Assembly (NCBI GenBank): GCA_964016885.1
Contig: OZ024741.1
Span: 26,784,001 to 26,848,000, forward strand
Length of the DNA stretch: 64,000 bases
Direction: 5' to 3'
Origin: Eledone cirrhosa
Lineage: Eukaryota
Shown: positions 61,550 through 64,000 of the stretch, one piece after another
How the letters are laid out: every line of letters starts with the position of its first letter
Position numbering within the stretch: the first letter of the stretch is position 1
Translations under genes and position numbers: made by a program
The notes under the pieces: generated by a model
Told to the model about the DNA's origin: nothing
The model's input: only the letters and a program-made list of their open reading frames with translations
Databases searched by the model: none

Positions 61550-62314
61550 TATCATCATCGTCATCGTTTATCTTCCATGCTAGCATGGGTTTAGACGGGA
61601 ATTGTCTCACGTGAGGCGAGATTGGTTGTCTTGCTTTGTACTTAGGCAAGGCGGGTCTTCTGTATTACTGTGTAGTGTCAAAGATCTCGGTCCAGTGATA
61701 TTGTCTTGGAGAGGTGTAAGTGTGTAAGGTCGTCCCAGGTTTTTCTGGGTTTGCTTACTCCGTAGCTTCCATCTATTTTGATCGCCCTGCACTTTTTTAT
61801 ACAGCTGTCATCTTTCATGCGCATCACATGACCATACCAACGTAGTCTTCTCTCGACTAGACAGCATCTGATCCCTCTTATTCCTAATTTCTCACTTAGT
61901 TCATTTATGCTTTGCCGTTCACGTATATTACTATTGCACATCCAACAGAGCATGCAAGCTTCGTTCCTCTCCAGTCTACGCAGGTCCTCTGCACACAATG
62001 CTCATGTCTCACTGCCATGTGACATTGTTGTTCGTATGCAGGCATCATTCTGCCTTTCATTTTTAGGGAGAAACCTTTAGCAGCCAATAGTGGTGTAAGT
62101 TCTCTGACCTTTTTCCATCCCGTTCTGACTCTGGCTACTGTACTTTCAGAGCACCCTCCACCACTGCTGATTTTGTCACCCAGGTAACAGAAGGTGTCCA
62201 CTATTTCTATAGAACCATCTGGGCAATGCAAGGAGCTAGTATCCTGTGGGCATTTGCTACTGCTTATTGCACCTGAGCACCAGCCACATATAAAATCTAT
62301 GTTCTTAGTTAGTT
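61550..62314 (-). mobile_element. RTE family A fragment, minus strand
   Basis: From KLTKNIDF through FCYLG and RLRWYGH to a partly deleted UTR; (CAT)n on plus strand. Confidence 0.88.
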
Positions 62315-63427
62315 TGGAAAAAGTTTAGAGAGCTTATACCGCTGTTGGCCACAAAAGGTTTCACTCTAAACATGAAAGGCAGATTGTATGATGCCTGTAT
62401 ACGAACAGCAATGCTACATGGCAGTGAGACATGGGCATTGTAGACTGGAAAGGAAAGAAGCATGCATGCTCCGTTGGATGTGTAATAGTAATATACGTAA
62501 ACGGCAAAGCGTAAATGAGAAATTAGGAATAAGAGGGATCAGATGCTGTTTACTTGAGAAAAGACTACGTTGGTATGGCCATGTGATGCGCATGAAAGAC
62601 GACAGCTGTATAGAAAAACCTGGGATGATCTGATAAATTCCGACCTCACACACTTACATCTCTTTAAGACAGTGTCTCTGGACCGAGATGTTTGGTGCTA
62701 CGCAGTAATACAGAAGACCCATCTATCCTCCCACTCCGACCAACAGCACGAGATAATGAGATCGCGATCGTGTAGGTGTCATGACAAAAAACACACACAG
62801 TCCACGCTGTAATGTGGCCGTGTAGGTAACACGGTAAAAAGTTCCAAGTTCCACACTGTAAATGTGGTTAGTGTTAGGAAGGGCATCCAGCCATAGAAAA
62901 CCTGCCAGATAGTCCTATATGAGCGAGACACGGTCACCCGACCAGCCCTGCCTCAAGTGGGATAACTCCCGTATAACCCTAGCGTGGAAAATGGACGTTA
63001 CCGCCCCTTTCAATGTAAAGTTATGTTGGTGCCACAACATCCAGGCCGAAACAAATGAGATTGTGTAGGTGTCACGACAAAAAAAACACACAGTCCACGC
63101 TGTAATGTGGCCGTGTAGGCAACACGGTAAAAACCTGCCAGCCCCACACTGTAAATGTGGTTGGTGTTAGGAAGGGCATCCAGCTGTAGAAAACCCGCCA
63201 GACAGTCCACGCTGTAATGTGGCCATATAGGCAACACGGTAAAAACCTCCCAGCCCCACACTGTAAATGTGGTTGGTGTTAGGAAGGGCATCCAGCTGTA
63301 GAAAACCCGCCAGACAGTCCTATGCGAGCAAGACAATCACTCTTGCCTCAAGTGGGAAAACCCCCATCCAAACCCATGCAAGCGTGGAACACGGACGTTA
63401 AACGTTGATGATGATGATGATGATGAT
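62315..63427 (+). mobile_element. RTE family A fragment, plus strand, followed by a second, internally duplicated 3' UTR
   Basis: WKKFREL...RLRWYGH; UTR to about 63000; second UTR 63001-63427. Confidence 0.88.
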
Positions 63428-63710
63428 ATATACATATATATATACATATATATACATATATATACATATATATACATATACATACATATACATACATACA
63501 TATACATATATATACATATATATACATATATATACATATACATACATATATATACATATACATACATATATATACATATATATACATATACATACATACA
63601 TATACATACATATACATACATATATATACATATATATACGCATATATATACATATACATACATATACATACATAGACATATATATATATACACATACATA
63701 CATATACATA

Positions 63711-63744
<34 letters not shown>

Positions 63745-63818
63745 CATATATATATACATATATATATATATACATATACATATATATACATATACATATA
63801 CATACATATACATATATA
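63428..63818. repeat. (TA)n/(TACA)n microsatellite
   Basis: Direct reading. Confidence 0.95.
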
Positions 63819-63819
63819 A

Positions 63820-64000
63820 TAACTTGGTGGTGGAACAGTAAGGTGGAGAGGTCAATCAAGGCCAAAAAGCAGGCTCGGAAAGCATGGCGGGATGGGGGAA
63901 GTAGAGAAGACTATCAAGTGGCCAGGAGGGAAGCTAGGAGACAAGTGTACTTCGCAAGAAAGGAAGCAGAGGAAAGAAAGTTCAAGCATGTTCTACAACG
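63820..64000 (+). mobile_element. RTE family A, 5'-truncated, runs off the window end
   Basis: Near-identical to 4961-5140 (TWWWNSKV...[10 protein letters not shown]). Confidence 0.92.

Overview
AT-rich, repeat-saturated eukaryotic non-coding DNA. The SINE/RTE/microsatellite make-up suggests an octopus-like cephalopod; this is inferred from repeat style, not from a database match. I found no convincing host protein-coding gene, and almost all ORF-track entries are simple-repeat artefacts. The real coding signal is transposon-derived: RTE LINEs (one family carries a PHD-like finger inside ORF2), CR1, R4/Dong, Hero-like, Tx1-like and BovB-like remnants, a CsRn1-type Gypsy gag fragment, and a Penelope-like GIY-YIG endonuclease remnant. 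Also present are a non-autonomous Helitron, TTAA-flanked piggyBac-type MITEs, two main tRNA-derived SINE families and many minisatellites. The most interesting signal is invisible to the ORF track: type I hammerhead ribozymes, five with intact cores plus several degenerate or partial ones, in at least four families of Penelope-like termini mostly inserted in (TA)n tracts. Several form long fold-back palindromes with a one-sided tail. The ribozymes show compensatory base changes, palindromic stem III loops and a conserved C.C mismatch at stem II position 4. Coordinates were read by eye; boundaries of degenerate elements are approximate.
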